From IMG/VR virus record IMGVR_UViG_3300024348_000012: a stretch of 64,000 nucleotides of DNA; one strand, written 5' to 3'. The translations under genes and the position numbers were made by a program. Of the stretch, positions 1 to 10,079 are shown in pieces (within the stretch, counting starts at the first letter, position 1; each line of letters opens with the position of its first letter). Source of the stretch: a virus (lineage: Duplodnaviria > Heunggongvirae > Uroviricota > Caudoviricetes). The notes under the pieces are model-generated. The model was not told where the DNA came from and searched no databases. It saw only the letters and a program-made list of their open reading frames with translations.

Positions 1-70
1 GCAAGAGAAGCAATCAAAGAAGGTAAGACAGTTTATTATACAAGTTGGTGGTAAAATTAAAATATAAGTT

Positions 71-322
71 ATGGATATAAGAGAACAATATAGAGAACGA
101 GTTATTCAATTCGTTAAAGAGTGGAATGAAAATGTAAGTGAACACATTATAGACATTATGGTTTCTATTATGTGTACTAGAGATAAGGTTTCATATCCAG
201 GTGGTGGTTTTGCACAAGCAGTAGTTGATAACAATTTGTATTTGGCTTTGAGTAGAGCAGACACCGATTGTAGAAAAAATATATTCATTCTTACAATGTG
301 TAGGATGAATTGTCATTTATAA
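71..322 (+). CDS. hypothetical protein
   Basis: 83-aa + strand ORF at the head of the co-directional gene array; no motif recognised. Confidence 0.4.
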   Translation: MDIREQYRERVIQFVKEWNENVSEHIIDIMVSIMCTRDKVSYPGGGFAQAVVDNNLYLALSRADTDCRKNIFILTMCRMNCHL

Positions 323-333
323 AAAAATAAGTT

Positions 334-675
334 ATGAGAATTAAATCAACATTACCACCTATTTGTTTTGAGTCACCATTATCAGGTAAGAAATGGATTG
401 TCTGCACGGGTGGTGAAAAAAGTAGTGGGTGGATAGAAGTAAAGAGATGGTATGGTTGGAATGAATTGGAAAAGATGTGGGATAAAATTGACTACATAAA
501 ACCAAAAGAGTTCAACAAAGTCAAAGTGAAAAAAGAATACAAAGTCAAAGGAAGTAAAGACAATGTATATAAGGTAGTAAATGATGAAGGGTTTTGGAGT
601 TGCAGTTGTCCCGCACATGGGTTTAGTAGAGGACGTGATTGTAAACATATTATTCAAATAAAAAATAAAAAATAA
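334..675 (+). CDS. SWIM zinc-finger domain protein
   Basis: C-terminal WSCSCPAHGFSRGRDCKHIIQIK fits the SWIM CxCx(n)CxH pattern; paralogous C-terminus in ORF 2531-3124. Confidence 0.55.
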   Translation: MRIKSTLPPICFESPLSGKKWIVCTGGEKSSGWIEVKRWYGWNELEKMWDKIDYIKPKEFNKVKVKKEYKVKGSKDNVYKVVNDEGFWSCSCPAHGFSRGRDCKHIIQIKNKK

Positions 676-680
676 AAGTT

Positions 681-1055
681 ATGGGATGTTTTAGTTTTAT
701 ATGTAAAGAGAGTGGATTGCCAGTTGCATCAGACTCTTTTAGTGGTGATGCAGTTAGATTGTATCTATTAAAAAATGGTAAGGTTATAGAGGAGATGAGA
801 GGTCATTACGACTCTTATGGTAGAGTATTCAAAGATAAACAATGTGAGGACTCTTTTGAATGGAAAATGCATTGGAGTGATGTATGTGATATGATGTTTA
901 ATGATAACAAAGGTGATGGTATTGCCGTAGTATTAGAAAAGTATTTTACGGATAAGATACCAACCGAACAAAGTGAAGGAGACCCCGACCAAGGATGGGG
1001 TAAACGAAGTGGTGGCGGAAAAATAATTAAAGACGCTATTCACATAGTATATTAA
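681..1055 (+). CDS. hypothetical protein
   Basis: 124-aa ORF tiled in the + strand array. Confidence 0.45.
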   Translation: MGCFSFICKESGLPVASDSFSGDAVRLYLLKNGKVIEEMRGHYDSYGRVFKDKQCEDSFEWKMHWSDVCDMMFNDNKGDGIAVVLEKYFTDKIPTEQSEGDPDQGWGKRSGGGKIIKDAIHIVY

Positions 1056-1065
1056 AAACAAAGTT

Positions 1066-1425
1066 ATGAGTAAGACATATTTTAGTGAGTTCAAAAGTGA
1101 TGTTGCAGTTGCAATACTAACCAAAGATGACTACCGATATGAAGTGATGAAACCACTATTTGAACAATGTGGTTTTGGTTTCGCTGAGACAAGTTCGGGT
1201 TGTGTATTCATTGATGGTGAAGTGAAGTTAACCAAAGATGAATTAAGGTGGGTTGAAGCACATGAATTAGCACACATAATGTTGAAACACACAAAAGATA
1301 GAAACGATGATGATGAAATGTCCGCTGATATGTTTGCAATCATTTTACTAAAAGATAAAGGATATAGTAAAGCAGCACAATTAGTAGAGGACAAATTTTT
1401 AGAAAGACATAAAAGAAAATTATAA
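1066..1425 (+). CDS. ImmA/IrrE-like HExxH metallopeptidase-domain protein (putative)
   Basis: Motif WVEAHELAHIMLKH resembles the HEXXH...H signature of ImmA/IrrE (COG2856) zincins. Confidence 0.4.
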   Translation: MSKTYFSEFKSDVAVAILTKDDYRYEVMKPLFEQCGFGFAETSSGCVFIDGEVKLTKDELRWVEAHELAHIMLKHTKDRNDDDEMSADMFAIILLKDKGYSKAAQLVEDKFLERHKRKL

Positions 1426-1428
1426 GTT

Positions 1429-1749
1429 ATGAGATTAAAATTAGAAATTTCACCACAATTGATAGGTAGGTTTGAAGTAATGCTAAACAAACAATTGGGT
1501 AAACGATTAATTAAATTTGATATAAATGATTTGGGTTCACAATATCAATTTGAATTTACTGACCCGATAAATAATGGAAGATGGCATTTTGAACTGGATA
1601 AAGAATGTAACGCTGGAGCATGGTATACATTACATTGTTCTACTCAAGAATTACATTTACCAATTCATTACATTAAAGACATAAGAATATTTTGTCAGCA
1701 AATAGGTAGAATAAAAGAAATGCAAATTGATTATGTAAATAGTAAATAA
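1429..1749 (+). CDS. hypothetical protein
   Basis: 106-aa ORF, ATG 4 nt after previous stop. Confidence 0.45.
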   Translation: MRLKLEISPQLIGRFEVMLNKQLGKRLIKFDINDLGSQYQFEFTDPINNGRWHFELDKECNAGAWYTLHCSTQELHLPIHYIKDIRIFCQQIGRIKEMQIDYVNSK

Positions 1750-1755
1750 AATAAT

Positions 1756-2103
1756 ATGAGACGACCAGTAAACTTTGAAACAATAGATGCAGTAGATTTT
1801 GAAATACATGGACATTCTTTTCATACTGACTTAGACCAATTACAAAATAAAGAAAAAAGTAATTGGGTATGGGTATTTCCTCATGGTGGAATATTAGGTG
1901 ATTATGTAGTTTTATTTGAATTAAAATGGGAACATGATTGTTATAGTATGAAAAAATGTATATTAGGTGAAGGTAATACAGGGAATTATATATTCCAAGA
2001 CAATTGGCTTAGACGAGATATTATTAAGACAAAAGATGACTTTATAAATCACATACAATTGGCTATTGAAGAACAAATGGGACGCGGGACATTCCAAAAT
2101 TAA
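1756..2103 (+). CDS. hypothetical protein
   Basis: 115-aa ORF in tiled array. Confidence 0.45.
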   Translation: MRRPVNFETIDAVDFEIHGHSFHTDLDQLQNKEKSNWVWVFPHGGILGDYVVLFELKWEHDCYSMKKCILGEGNTGNYIFQDNWLRRDIIKTKDDFINHIQLAIEEQMGRGTFQN

Positions 2104-2109
2104 AGAGTT

Positions 2110-2526
2110 ATGATTATGAATTACAATATATTACTTTCAATCGTAATGGTATTTTTACCTTACCAAATGGAAATGAAAGAAAAGGAAATAAGTAAAATGA
2201 TAGAAGGTATAGTACCCGATATCGTTACACTAACCACATACACCGCAAGTGAAAACGAAACGGACTCAACACCAAATATCACAGCAAGTGGTTTTAAGAT
2301 TGACACAAAGAATGCAAAGAGACATAGAATTATTGCAGTGAGTAGAGACCTTAAAAAGAAATTAAAGTTTGGTAGTAAGGTTCGTATTGAAGGAGCAGGT
2401 AAGTATAGTGGGACATATGTAGTTAAGGATGTAATGAACAAACGATATAAGAAACGAATTGACATTCTCATTAATCCAGATGACAAACAAACAAAATTAA
2501 AAAAGATTAAATTATACAAAATATAA
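2110..2526 (+). CDS. 3D-domain (MltA-like, cell-wall binding) protein
   Basis: C-terminal IIAVSRDL...GSKVRIEG...YVVKDVMNKRYKKRIDILINPD resembles the 3D domain with its conserved Asp residues; N-terminal hydrophobic segment. Confidence 0.5.
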   Translation: MIMNYNILLSIVMVFLPYQMEMKEKEISKMIEGIVPDIVTLTTYTASENETDSTPNITASGFKIDTKNAKRHRIIAVSRDLKKKLKFGSKVRIEGAGKYSGTYVVKDVMNKRYKKRIDILINPDDKQTKLKKIKLYKI

Positions 2527-2530
2527 AAAC

Positions 2531-3124
2531 ATGGGACAATATTATAAGATAGTAAATATCAAAAAGAAACAATACATAACACCTCACACATTTGGAGATG
2601 GTGCAAAGTTAATGGAATTTAGTATGTCCGCAAGTGGTGTATTAGCCGGTTTGGCAATATTACTTGCTGACGGAAATGGTAGAGGTGGTGGAGACTTACA
2701 TAGTAAAAACGATATCGTAGGTAGTTGGGCAGGTGATAACATTGTTGTCGCAGGTGATTACGCAGATGCTGGTAAGTTTGTAAAAGAACCCGACCAAACC
2801 TTATATGAAGTAGCGAGTAGTGAGGGTGAGGATATATCCGTAAAAGTATTGGAAGCATTATTTGATGACCAATATTTCTTTTCGGAGTTTAGAAAGAATA
2901 GAGCAGGTTGGAGTACCGATGATGCAATAGATGATTTAATTAAACAAAAATTAAAAGACAAAGGTTTATCAGAAACTAAAAAACATAAAATACAATCCTC
3001 AAAAAATCCAAGTGTTCAATACAATGTAACGGAAGATAACGGAAATTGGGAATGTGATTGTCCATCTTATACATACACAGGTGGAAATGAATGTAAACAC
3101 ATTAGACAAATTAAAACAAAATAA
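2531..3124 (+). CDS. SWIM zinc-finger domain protein
   Basis: C-terminal WECDCPSYTYTGGNECKHIRQIK (CxCx(n)CxH), paralogous to the C-terminus of ORF 334-675. Confidence 0.55.
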   Translation: MGQYYKIVNIKKKQYITPHTFGDGAKLMEFSMSASGVLAGLAILLADGNGRGGGDLHSKNDIVGSWAGDNIVVAGDYADAGKFVKEPDQTLYEVASSEGEDISVKVLEALFDDQYFFSEFRKNRAGWSTDDAIDDLIKQKLKDKGLSETKKHKIQSSKNPSVQYNVTEDNGNWECDCPSYTYTGGNECKHIRQIKTK

Positions 3125-3138
3125 TAAAAACAAATAAC

Positions 3139-3342
3139 ATGGCACAAACAGTAACAACACAAATGAATGAATTTAGAACATTAGAAGACGGCCGCATCGT
3201 ATTGGATGGATTAGTCTGGAGTCAACATGCAGAAAAAGCAATTGAAGTAAAAGATGAAGATAATGGTTTTAAAGTTCTTAATATTAAATTGAATGGAGTA
3301 GCATACTATCCAGTAGGATATGACAAACGCAAAAAGAAATAA
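3139..3342 (+). CDS. hypothetical small protein
   Basis: 67-aa ORF. Confidence 0.35.
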   Translation: MAQTVTTQMNEFRTLEDGRIVLDGLVWSQHAEKAIEVKDEDNGFKVLNIKLNGVAYYPVGYDKRKKK

Positions 3343-3343
3343 A

Positions 3344-3910
3344 ATGCAAGGTAAAGGAACGGAAAAACAAGCGAGAATTAGTTTCATATTAGTTTTATGT
3401 ATATTTGCTTTATTATTAGCAACAACACTTATTGGTTGTAGTAAAGAGGGATTTTTACAACCGAATAAAAATATTGAAATGAGTATTGATACCCGTTTAC
3501 CAAAAGATAGTAATGGGTATTCAGTATTCAAGTTGTATTCAACCGAAACACAAAACATACATACCATATCAGGAAGTATTAGAGTGAATGGCAAAGTACC
3601 AAATGAACCCAGAGAGAAAGTTGAATGGGAAAATAATTTATATTGGAACTTAGTTAAAGGTGATACGATTACTACAATAACAAAAACCTATTTGAACTAT
3701 TATACAGGTCAGTTTACGATAGTTAAGTTGCCACCAATGATAAGTAATGTGAACGCATTAGTACCTACAATCAATAAGGTATGTTACAATTCGGCAGATG
3801 GTAGTATCAATACAGTCATAGCACCTAAGTGGGAAATGAGAGGTGATACAATGACAATAGTTGCACGATGTGGTAATGTAGTAAAAGTGGAAAAGATTAT
3901 TTTGAAATAA
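3344..3910 (+). CDS. putative lipoprotein
   Basis: N-terminal hydrophobic signal ending in lipobox-like LIGCSKEG; the ATG at 3344 directly follows the previous stop (the track's 3320 start overlaps the upstream ORF). Confidence 0.5.
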   Translation: MQGKGTEKQARISFILVLCIFALLLATTLIGCSKEGFLQPNKNIEMSIDTRLPKDSNGYSVFKLYSTETQNIHTISGSIRVNGKVPNEPREKVEWENNLYWNLVKGDTITTITKTYLNYYTGQFTIVKLPPMISNVNALVPTINKVCYNSADGSINTVIAPKWEMRGDTMTIVARCGNVVKVEKIILK

Positions 3911-3947
3911 CAAATAATTAGTGTATATTTACTAAAAGAAAATAATT

Positions 3948-4205
3948 ATGAGTAAGATAAACAACGAATTTATGAAACAACAATTGACAGGTTCTATTGG
4001 TGGTGATGAAGATTTTTTATACGAACAATACATTGCCCAAGAACAAATGAACGAAGAATATTGGCAATGGAAAAGCGTTCAAAGTCATTCTATATTTCCA
4101 GATGAAGTACAATATGACGATGAATATTACAAATCTAGTTATCTACCAACACCCGATGAAGAGGCAGAAAACTATAAACAAACAAAACAAAATGGAAATA
4201 CTTAG
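3948..4205 (+). CDS. hypothetical acidic protein
   Basis: 85-aa ORF. Confidence 0.4.
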   Translation: MSKINNEFMKQQLTGSIGGDEDFLYEQYIAQEQMNEEYWQWKSVQSHSIFPDEVQYDDEYYKSSYLPTPDEEAENYKQTKQNGNT

Positions 4206-4527
4206 TGAAATAATTGAAGCATCAAATCATATGATAGATGCTTTAGAAGAAACTGATTTCTTTATAGAGACACCATTCATAGATAGAATACCTTTGAAGA
4301 GAGCATTACAAATTGCAATGCAGAAAAAATGGGAACAAGAAGATGACATGTTTTTGAATGATGCTGAATTTTTAGAAGTTTGTCAAAGTGTATCTAACAA
4401 ATCAATAGGTAAAACGATTGAGGATTTAGTAGACAAAGGTGCATTGAATATGAGTGTAAATGAAGATGGTGAAATACTATATTCAGCAAACAAAGATTTT
4501 CAATTTGATAAAGATGAAGATGAATAA
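4192..4527 (+). CDS. hypothetical acidic protein
   Basis: ORF in the 4102 frame; the internal ATG at 4192 (MEILSEI...) avoids a long overlap with the upstream ORF. Confidence 0.4.
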   Translation: MEILSEIIEASNHMIDALEETDFFIETPFIDRIPLKRALQIAMQKKWEQEDDMFLNDAEFLEVCQSVSNKSIGKTIEDLVDKGALNMSVNEDGEILYSANKDFQFDKDEDE

Positions 4528-5908
4528 ATTATTATTAGGATTTGATGTTATGGCATATAATGGTGAAATGCCCAATTGTTTAGACCCAAAATTTTTATCA
4601 ACAATACACCAAGCTTCTGATTTTGATTATAGATTTTCAGGTGAAGGATTTAAAAAAAGATGGAATGAAGATTGGTCAATATATAATAGTGGATTTTGGG
4701 ACAATCATTCTATTAAAAAATCCATTTACGAAATAATTAAATATCATCCAAATGAAAAATGGTTTTATATGATAGAACCATTTGGAAATATAGAAGCGTT
4801 TTTTGGTAACCATCCATTTTATAATAAATTGTCTTTAGAAAACATTTCATCCGTAGCACTTAATGAAATTAAAAATGGTAATGGTAATTTATTAATTAAT
4901 TATATAGTTGATGGTGGGTTGGGTGTTACAACTAATAACTTTAAAAAAATTATAGATTTTACAAGAAATAATGATATACCAGATGAAAAAGTATACCTAA
5001 TATTTCAAGATTTTAATTTATCTGAAAATATAAAAAGTTTGGGAGTAAATTATAATGTTATTGATTATAATTGGGCACATCATTTAAAATCAACCGAATT
5101 TTGGAATACTATAAACATTCCAAATTGGAGTTTTTGGCCAGAAGATGCATATGAACCCCAATTTGGTAAAATGGAAAAAGTAAAAAGTTCTATTGCATCG
5201 TATGATGAATTTGAAGAATCAATCGGTAAAGATAAAAAAGATTTTCTATTTTTATGTAGACATTGGAAAAAACACAGATTACATATATTGGATATATTAT
5301 ACAAATTAGGATTTGAAAATAATTTAGTTAGTTGGGATAATAGATTTTTTGATACCAATTCAGTAAACCATTACTATATAGATGCAAACAATACTGAAAT
5401 GATTGAGTTGATTAAAAACACATCAAAACATTTGGATATTGAAGATATAACTAAAATTGCAGGATATGGATATGAAGATAAAAATCTATATTTAAATTCT
5501 TATTTGAGTATTGTATCTGAATCCGTTTTCTTTCAAAATGAAATTGATTTCCCAACAGGTTATTTAAGTGAAAAAATTTGGAAACCAATTGGACATTCAC
5601 AAGCATTCGTATTGGCAGGGCCGGCAAATTCATTGAAGTATATTCAAGATATGGGATATAAAACATTTCATCCATATATTGATGAAAGTTATGATAGTGA
5701 AATGGATGATTTGAAACGAATGAATATGATTCTAATAGAAATTGAAAAGTTTTCTAATAAAACAAAAGAAGAAAAGGATGAGTTTTTGAATAATGTAAAA
5801 GATATTGTAAAATATAATCAAGAATATTTTTTAAATTATGCAGAAAAAAATAGCCCAAAAAATATAAACGATATTGTATGGAATTTAACAAAACCGACAA
5901 AGATTTAA
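4514..5908 (+). CDS. fucosyltransferase-like (GT10-like, GT-B fold) glycosyltransferase, paralog A
   Basis: C-terminal YLNSYLSIVSESVFF...GYLSEKIWKPIGHSQAFVLAGP parallels the FucT motif YxFxLxFENS...TEKxW...VPVVLGP; HxxR-type motif CRHWKKHRLHIL upstream; three paralogs elsewhere in the window. Confidence 0.5.
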   Translation: MKMNKLLLGFDVMAYNGEMPNCLDPKFLSTIHQASDFDYRFSGEGFKKRWNEDWSIYNSGFWDNHSIKKSIYEIIKYHPNEKWFYMIEPFGNIEAFFGNHPFYNKLSLENISSVALNEIKNGNGNLLINYIVDGGLGVTTNNFKKIIDFTRNNDIPDEKVYLIFQDFNLSENIKSLGVNYNVIDYNWAHHLKSTEFWNTINIPNWSFWPEDAYEPQFGKMEKVKSSIASYDEFEESIGKDKKDFLFLCRHWKKHRLHILDILYKLGFENNLVSWDNRFFDTNSVNHYYIDANNTEMIELIKNTSKHLDIEDITKIAGYGYEDKNLYLNSYLSIVSESVFFQNEIDFPTGYLSEKIWKPIGHSQAFVLAGPANSLKYIQDMGYKTFHPYIDESYDSEMDDLKRMNMILIEIEKFSNKTKEEKDEFLNNVKDIVKYNQEYFLNYAEKNSPKNINDIVWNLTKPTKI

Positions 5909-6135
5909 AGCAGATGAGTGATGATGAATTGTTTGAGTATTTAGATGCAAAGGCATTATACTTAAAGCAACATACCTCACCATTGAGTAGTTATAAGACA
6001 AAAAAGTTTGCAAGTATTGGAGCAGCAATATCTAATACCGAATTTGACTACGATAGTGTAAAGCAAATAGCAAAAGAAAACGAACAAAAAGGATACGAAA
6101 AATTTATAAAAGATAAAAACAAAAACAATGAATAG
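5878..6135 (+). CDS. hypothetical protein
   Basis: 85-aa ORF overlapping the GT 3' end by 30 nt. Confidence 0.35.
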   Translation: MEFNKTDKDLKQMSDDELFEYLDAKALYLKQHTSPLSSYKTKKFASIGAAISNTEFDYDSVKQIAKENEQKGYEKFIKDKNKNNE

Positions 6136-6817
6136 TAATTTTACAACAGGTATGAATAAACCATCAAAGTTTATAGCAGAAACCTACGGAACAAAAATTA
6201 AAGTAAAGATAGACCATAGTGATTTAAGTTTAGATGAAGTTATGGATGCATTCCAAACTTTAATTATTGGTATGGGGTATCACGAAAATTCATTTAAGAA
6301 TTGGGTGATAGAAAGAGCAAATGAGTATAATGAAACCGATGCAGAGGACTTAAAAGAAAAGTTAGAAGCATGGAAATTTGAAGATGATGATATTGTTTTA
6401 AGACATCGTTATCTTAAAGATAGTGAGGGATATGAAAGTCTAGACGAATTAGAAAATGATTTCTTTGGCACCCACGATAGTGAAGGGTATGAGAGTAATA
6501 TAGATGCTGAAGCGGAAATGAGAAAGTATGCAGAAGAGGAAATGGAAAAAGAAGCGGAAAGAAGAATGGATATCATAGGACAAAACGGAAACGAAGGATT
6601 GCATTATAGAGCAACACAAGAGGATGAAGATGAATTTTCAAACGATGGTGGATTTGATGGTAAACCACATTTTGAATGGGGTGATGTACCAGAAGATAAC
6701 GAAAATTTATTTGAAGGTGATGAATGGAAACCAAACCAAAAATTGGCAGAAGCAAACGAACGATATAAAAGTGAAGTGAAGAAAATGAAATCTAAAAAAA
6801 GAAACAAAAAAGACTAA
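6128..6817 (+). CDS. hypothetical highly acidic protein with internal DSEGYES repeats
   Basis: 229-aa ORF, Asp/Glu-rich; duplicated DSEGYESLDELEND / DSEGYESNIDAEAE segment around 6420-6500. Confidence 0.45.
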   Translation: MNSNFTTGMNKPSKFIAETYGTKIKVKIDHSDLSLDEVMDAFQTLIIGMGYHENSFKNWVIERANEYNETDAEDLKEKLEAWKFEDDDIVLRHRYLKDSEGYESLDELENDFFGTHDSEGYESNIDAEAEMRKYAEEEMEKEAERRMDIIGQNGNEGLHYRATQEDEDEFSNDGGFDGKPHFEWGDVPEDNENLFEGDEWKPNQKLAEANERYKSEVKKMKSKKRNKKD

Positions 6818-7035
6818 TGGGATTTAATCATTGCTACCTAACAAATGTTAAAGACTTACAAAATCATTTAGATAATGTAAGTTTAGAAAAGTTTATTAAA
6901 ACCTATCGTAGTTATGATGCCTTAACCGGCCCAAGTGAATGTTTTGAATTTATTGAACAAAAAATTGAAGAGTATGAAAAAGTTATTAGTGATATTGATA
7001 TTGGGGATGTTGAGTTGCAAGAAGGAAATACCTAA
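6817..7035 (+). CDS. hypothetical small protein
   Basis: 72-aa ORF; its 3' end overlaps the next gene in another frame. Confidence 0.3.
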   Translation: MGFNHCYLTNVKDLQNHLDNVSLEKFIKTYRSYDALTGPSECFEFIEQKIEEYEKVISDIDIGDVELQEGNT

Positions 7036-8218
7036 TATTGTAATACCAACACCACAAACAAAGATAGTAGATACAATAGTACAATCTTTTATTAAAATAA
7101 AAACACAAGTTTCACCTATAAATATTGGAACGTCTTTTTATAACAAATTGGATAAAGATTATAATCCTTTTAGTAAATTTAAATCATTGATTTCACCAAA
7201 AGACCATATTGGAGCTGCATGGTCGTATATTGATTTTGATAAAGATGGTGATGATGATTTTATTGTAGCAACACAACCTGATAATAGTGAAATAGAACAA
7301 ACAAATCACATATACCTTATCAAAAATGATGGTGGTAATTTTTCTTTGTGGAAAACTTTAAATGGTTTTGTTTTTCCAAGACGCGGATTATTGGGGGATT
7401 ACGATGGGAATGGTTATCTGGATTATTTGGTTGCAGACCAGGGATTAGAGACGGATTTCGCAGGTGCATTATTAGGAATAGTATATTTTTATAAAGATAG
7501 TGTTGAATTAAAATATATCCCAAATTCAAAAGAATTTAATCACACTGCAGCAAGTGGTGATATTGATATGGATGGTGATATAGATATTATAACGGCCGAT
7601 TCTAAATATATAAATGATGGCAAAGGAAATTTTGCAAAATCAAATGCTACTACCGAAAATATTAAGGCCGGTTATTTTCATAATCAATTGTATGATTTGG
7701 ATAATGATGGTAAATTAGATGCAATATTTGGTGGTTCGGAAATATTTGGTGATTCAATATATGATTCATCTCCCCGAAAATATAATGGAAATAATAGAAT
7801 ATATTGGAATGATGGTTTGGGTAATTATTCGTATACAAATTCAAATCCATTACCATTAACATATACACAAACAAAAGATACATTTACAATAGTGGATGAT
7901 TTTAATTTTATAGATTTTAATAACGATGGATATCAAGATATTATTGTTTTAAAAGGATGTTGGAAAGGAGTTGGATACTATATTCAGTTTTTACAAAACA
8001 ATAAAAATAAAACATTCACCGAAGTTACAGAACAATACATTGATTTTTATAAATTGAATATTCCAGCTGGGAAGCCAAATGATTTCCAATGGTTAGTTTG
8101 GATAAGGTTGGTTGATTTAAATAAAGATAATAAATTGGATATAATTGCTAGAGAAGGTACGAATATTGAAATGAAATGGATTAATGATGGCAACAATCAC
8201 TTTAAATTACAAAAATAA
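6974..8218 (+). CDS. lipoprotein with FG-GAP/VCBS-like beta-propeller repeats
   Basis: Signal MKKLLVILILGMLSCKKE (lipobox); six or more Ca-binding-like DxDxDG repeats (DFDKDGDDDFIVAT, YDGNGYLDYLVAD, DIDMDGDIDIITAD, DLDNDGKLDAIFGG, DFNNDGYQDIIVL, DLNKDNKLDIIAREG). Confidence 0.5.
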   Translation: MKKLLVILILGMLSCKKEIPNIVIPTPQTKIVDTIVQSFIKIKTQVSPINIGTSFYNKLDKDYNPFSKFKSLISPKDHIGAAWSYIDFDKDGDDDFIVATQPDNSEIEQTNHIYLIKNDGGNFSLWKTLNGFVFPRRGLLGDYDGNGYLDYLVADQGLETDFAGALLGIVYFYKDSVELKYIPNSKEFNHTAASGDIDMDGDIDIITADSKYINDGKGNFAKSNATTENIKAGYFHNQLYDLDNDGKLDAIFGGSEIFGDSIYDSSPRKYNGNNRIYWNDGLGNYSYTNSNPLPLTYTQTKDTFTIVDDFNFIDFNNDGYQDIIVLKGCWKGVGYYIQFLQNNKNKTFTEVTEQYIDFYKLNIPAGKPNDFQWLVWIRLVDLNKDNKLDIIAREGTNIEMKWINDGNNHFKLQK

Positions 8219-8697
8219 TGGGTTACAATAAATTTAGATGGTGGACAAAGGGTAGACCGAACAAACCACTTAAAGCAGACGCACCTTTGTTATTGAAAAT
8301 AAGAAATGGAGACTTTAACTATTCATATATGTTTAGTGAAGCAATTGAAATGAGAGAAACGCAACACAAAGTGTATCAACAGGCATATGACAATTATGGT
8401 GGAACGGATGAAAGGAATAGAATACAGGCTGCATTGGAAGCATCACAAATGAAACGAGTTAAAGCATTGAAGTTAGAATTTGAAGCAAACAAAGATGAGC
8501 AGATGTTATTGTGGAAACTACGAAGTGAACTTACAAAAGAGTTCGGAAAGGATTTGTGGGATAAAGCAATGGAACGAAGTCGAGGTAAGGGTACATTGGA
8601 GGATTTATATATGTGGTATAAAAAACAATGTAAAATTGGTACAACAAAAAGTGAAATAGATATTCAATTAAAAAGAAAGAATACATATTTATCTTAA
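8218..8697 (+). CDS. hypothetical protein
   Basis: 159-aa ORF; ATGG overlap with the previous stop. Confidence 0.45.
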   Translation: MGYNKFRWWTKGRPNKPLKADAPLLLKIRNGDFNYSYMFSEAIEMRETQHKVYQQAYDNYGGTDERNRIQAALEASQMKRVKALKLEFEANKDEQMLLWKLRSELTKEFGKDLWDKAMERSRGKGTLEDLYMWYKKQCKIGTTKSEIDIQLKRKNTYLS

Positions 8698-8994
8698 ATG
8701 AAAGGAGAACCAATTATATTGCATATAGAATTAGGAAACGAATCAGTATCAAACTGGTTGTATCAAAATCAATATGTAATTTTTTCAGAACTAATCCGAT
8801 ATTCAAAAAAACTTATTAAAGAAAATTTAAATGCCATTCAAGCAATAATGGTATCTAATTCATCGGATAATATTGTATTCATTATTAAAAAAGATAATGT
8901 TAAATTGACATTGGATAAAGCTATGGATTATTTTCTAGAAATAGAAGAATATGAAAAATGTTCGGAAATAAGAGATTTATTAAATGAGTTATGA
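8698..8994 (+). CDS. hypothetical protein
   Basis: 98-aa ORF. Confidence 0.4.
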   Translation: MKGEPIILHIELGNESVSNWLYQNQYVIFSELIRYSKKLIKENLNAIQAIMVSNSSDNIVFIIKKDNVKLTLDKAMDYFLEIEEYEKCSEIRDLLNEL

Positions 8995-10079
8995 TAATAT
9001 TTAAAGAATTAAATAAAAAAAATGAAATATCCGATATTGAATTGGGTAGTATATCTTTATTAAATGCTAAATCATTATATGATGTATTTAAAACTGATAA
9101 AAATATTTTACATTTATTTTATAATGGTGGTTATGATTTCACCTCCATTGATGTGATTTTTGAATTAATGGAATATGATAAAGTTATTTTAGATTTTAGT
9201 GGAGCAGATGATTTCTTATTAAGATTTTATGATATGGATAATGTAAAATCTAAAATAAAAGCAAAAGAAATTATTATCATATCTAAAAATATATTTGAAA
9301 AACCTGGGTACATTTATAACGACCCAATTATGCATAGGATTAAAATATTAGATTTTCTTATTAGTAATGATATTAAAAATCATTTATATTTCTTTTTAGG
9401 TGGGCATGCTAGGTGGCATCGTTTATTATTTTTGAATAAACTTTTAAAAATAAACGCATTATCAAAATTAAATTGGTCTTTGCGAAGAGTTGAAGAAGAA
9501 ACACCATCAATGGTAAGAACTTGTATTCCATTGGAATATATAAATCTTTATAAGGATTTAGAAATACACAAATATTTACCAAAGAGTTTGGACTTTGATA
9601 TACATGACCAAGCATCATATCATAACTGGGGTGACGCATCTATATTTGATAATCCTGGTTATATTGCTAATTTAGATTTTTATTATAATAGTTACATTGA
9701 AATAATATCCGAAAGTGTTTTTGAATTAGCAATCAATCCGGCTAAAAAAGATAAAGAATATTTTATAGTATCGGAAAAAACATTCAAACCATTGGCATTG
9801 GGATTTCCTTTTATTGGATTAACATTACCAAAAACGTTTACAAAATTAAAAGAGTGGGGATTTAAATTGTTTGATGAATTAATTGATTATTCATTTGATG
9901 ATGAATATGATGATAATAAAAGAATGGAAATTATTATTGAACAAATTTCCAATAACAATATAAAAGAAAACTTTAATATTCATTTTGAATCTATAAAAGA
10001 AAAACATTTACATAATAGAAAAGTGTTTTTAGAATTAAAAGAACGATTACTTAAAAATTATGAAAAAAATATCATTTAA
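8991..10079 (+). CDS. fucosyltransferase-like glycosyltransferase, paralog B
   Basis: YYNSYIEIISESVFE...IVSEKTFKPLALGFPFIGL...DYSFDDEYDDNKRMEII aligns with paralogs A, C and D; GGHARWHR motif; ATGA overlap. Confidence 0.5.
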   Translation: MIIFKELNKKNEISDIELGSISLLNAKSLYDVFKTDKNILHLFYNGGYDFTSIDVIFELMEYDKVILDFSGADDFLLRFYDMDNVKSKIKAKEIIIISKNIFEKPGYIYNDPIMHRIKILDFLISNDIKNHLYFFLGGHARWHRLLFLNKLLKINALSKLNWSLRRVEEETPSMVRTCIPLEYINLYKDLEIHKYLPKSLDFDIHDQASYHNWGDASIFDNPGYIANLDFYYNSYIEIISESVFELAINPAKKDKEYFIVSEKTFKPLALGFPFIGLTLPKTFTKLKEWGFKLFDELIDYSFDDEYDDNKRMEIIIEQISNNNIKENFNIHFESIKEKHLHNRKVFLELKERLLKNYEKNII

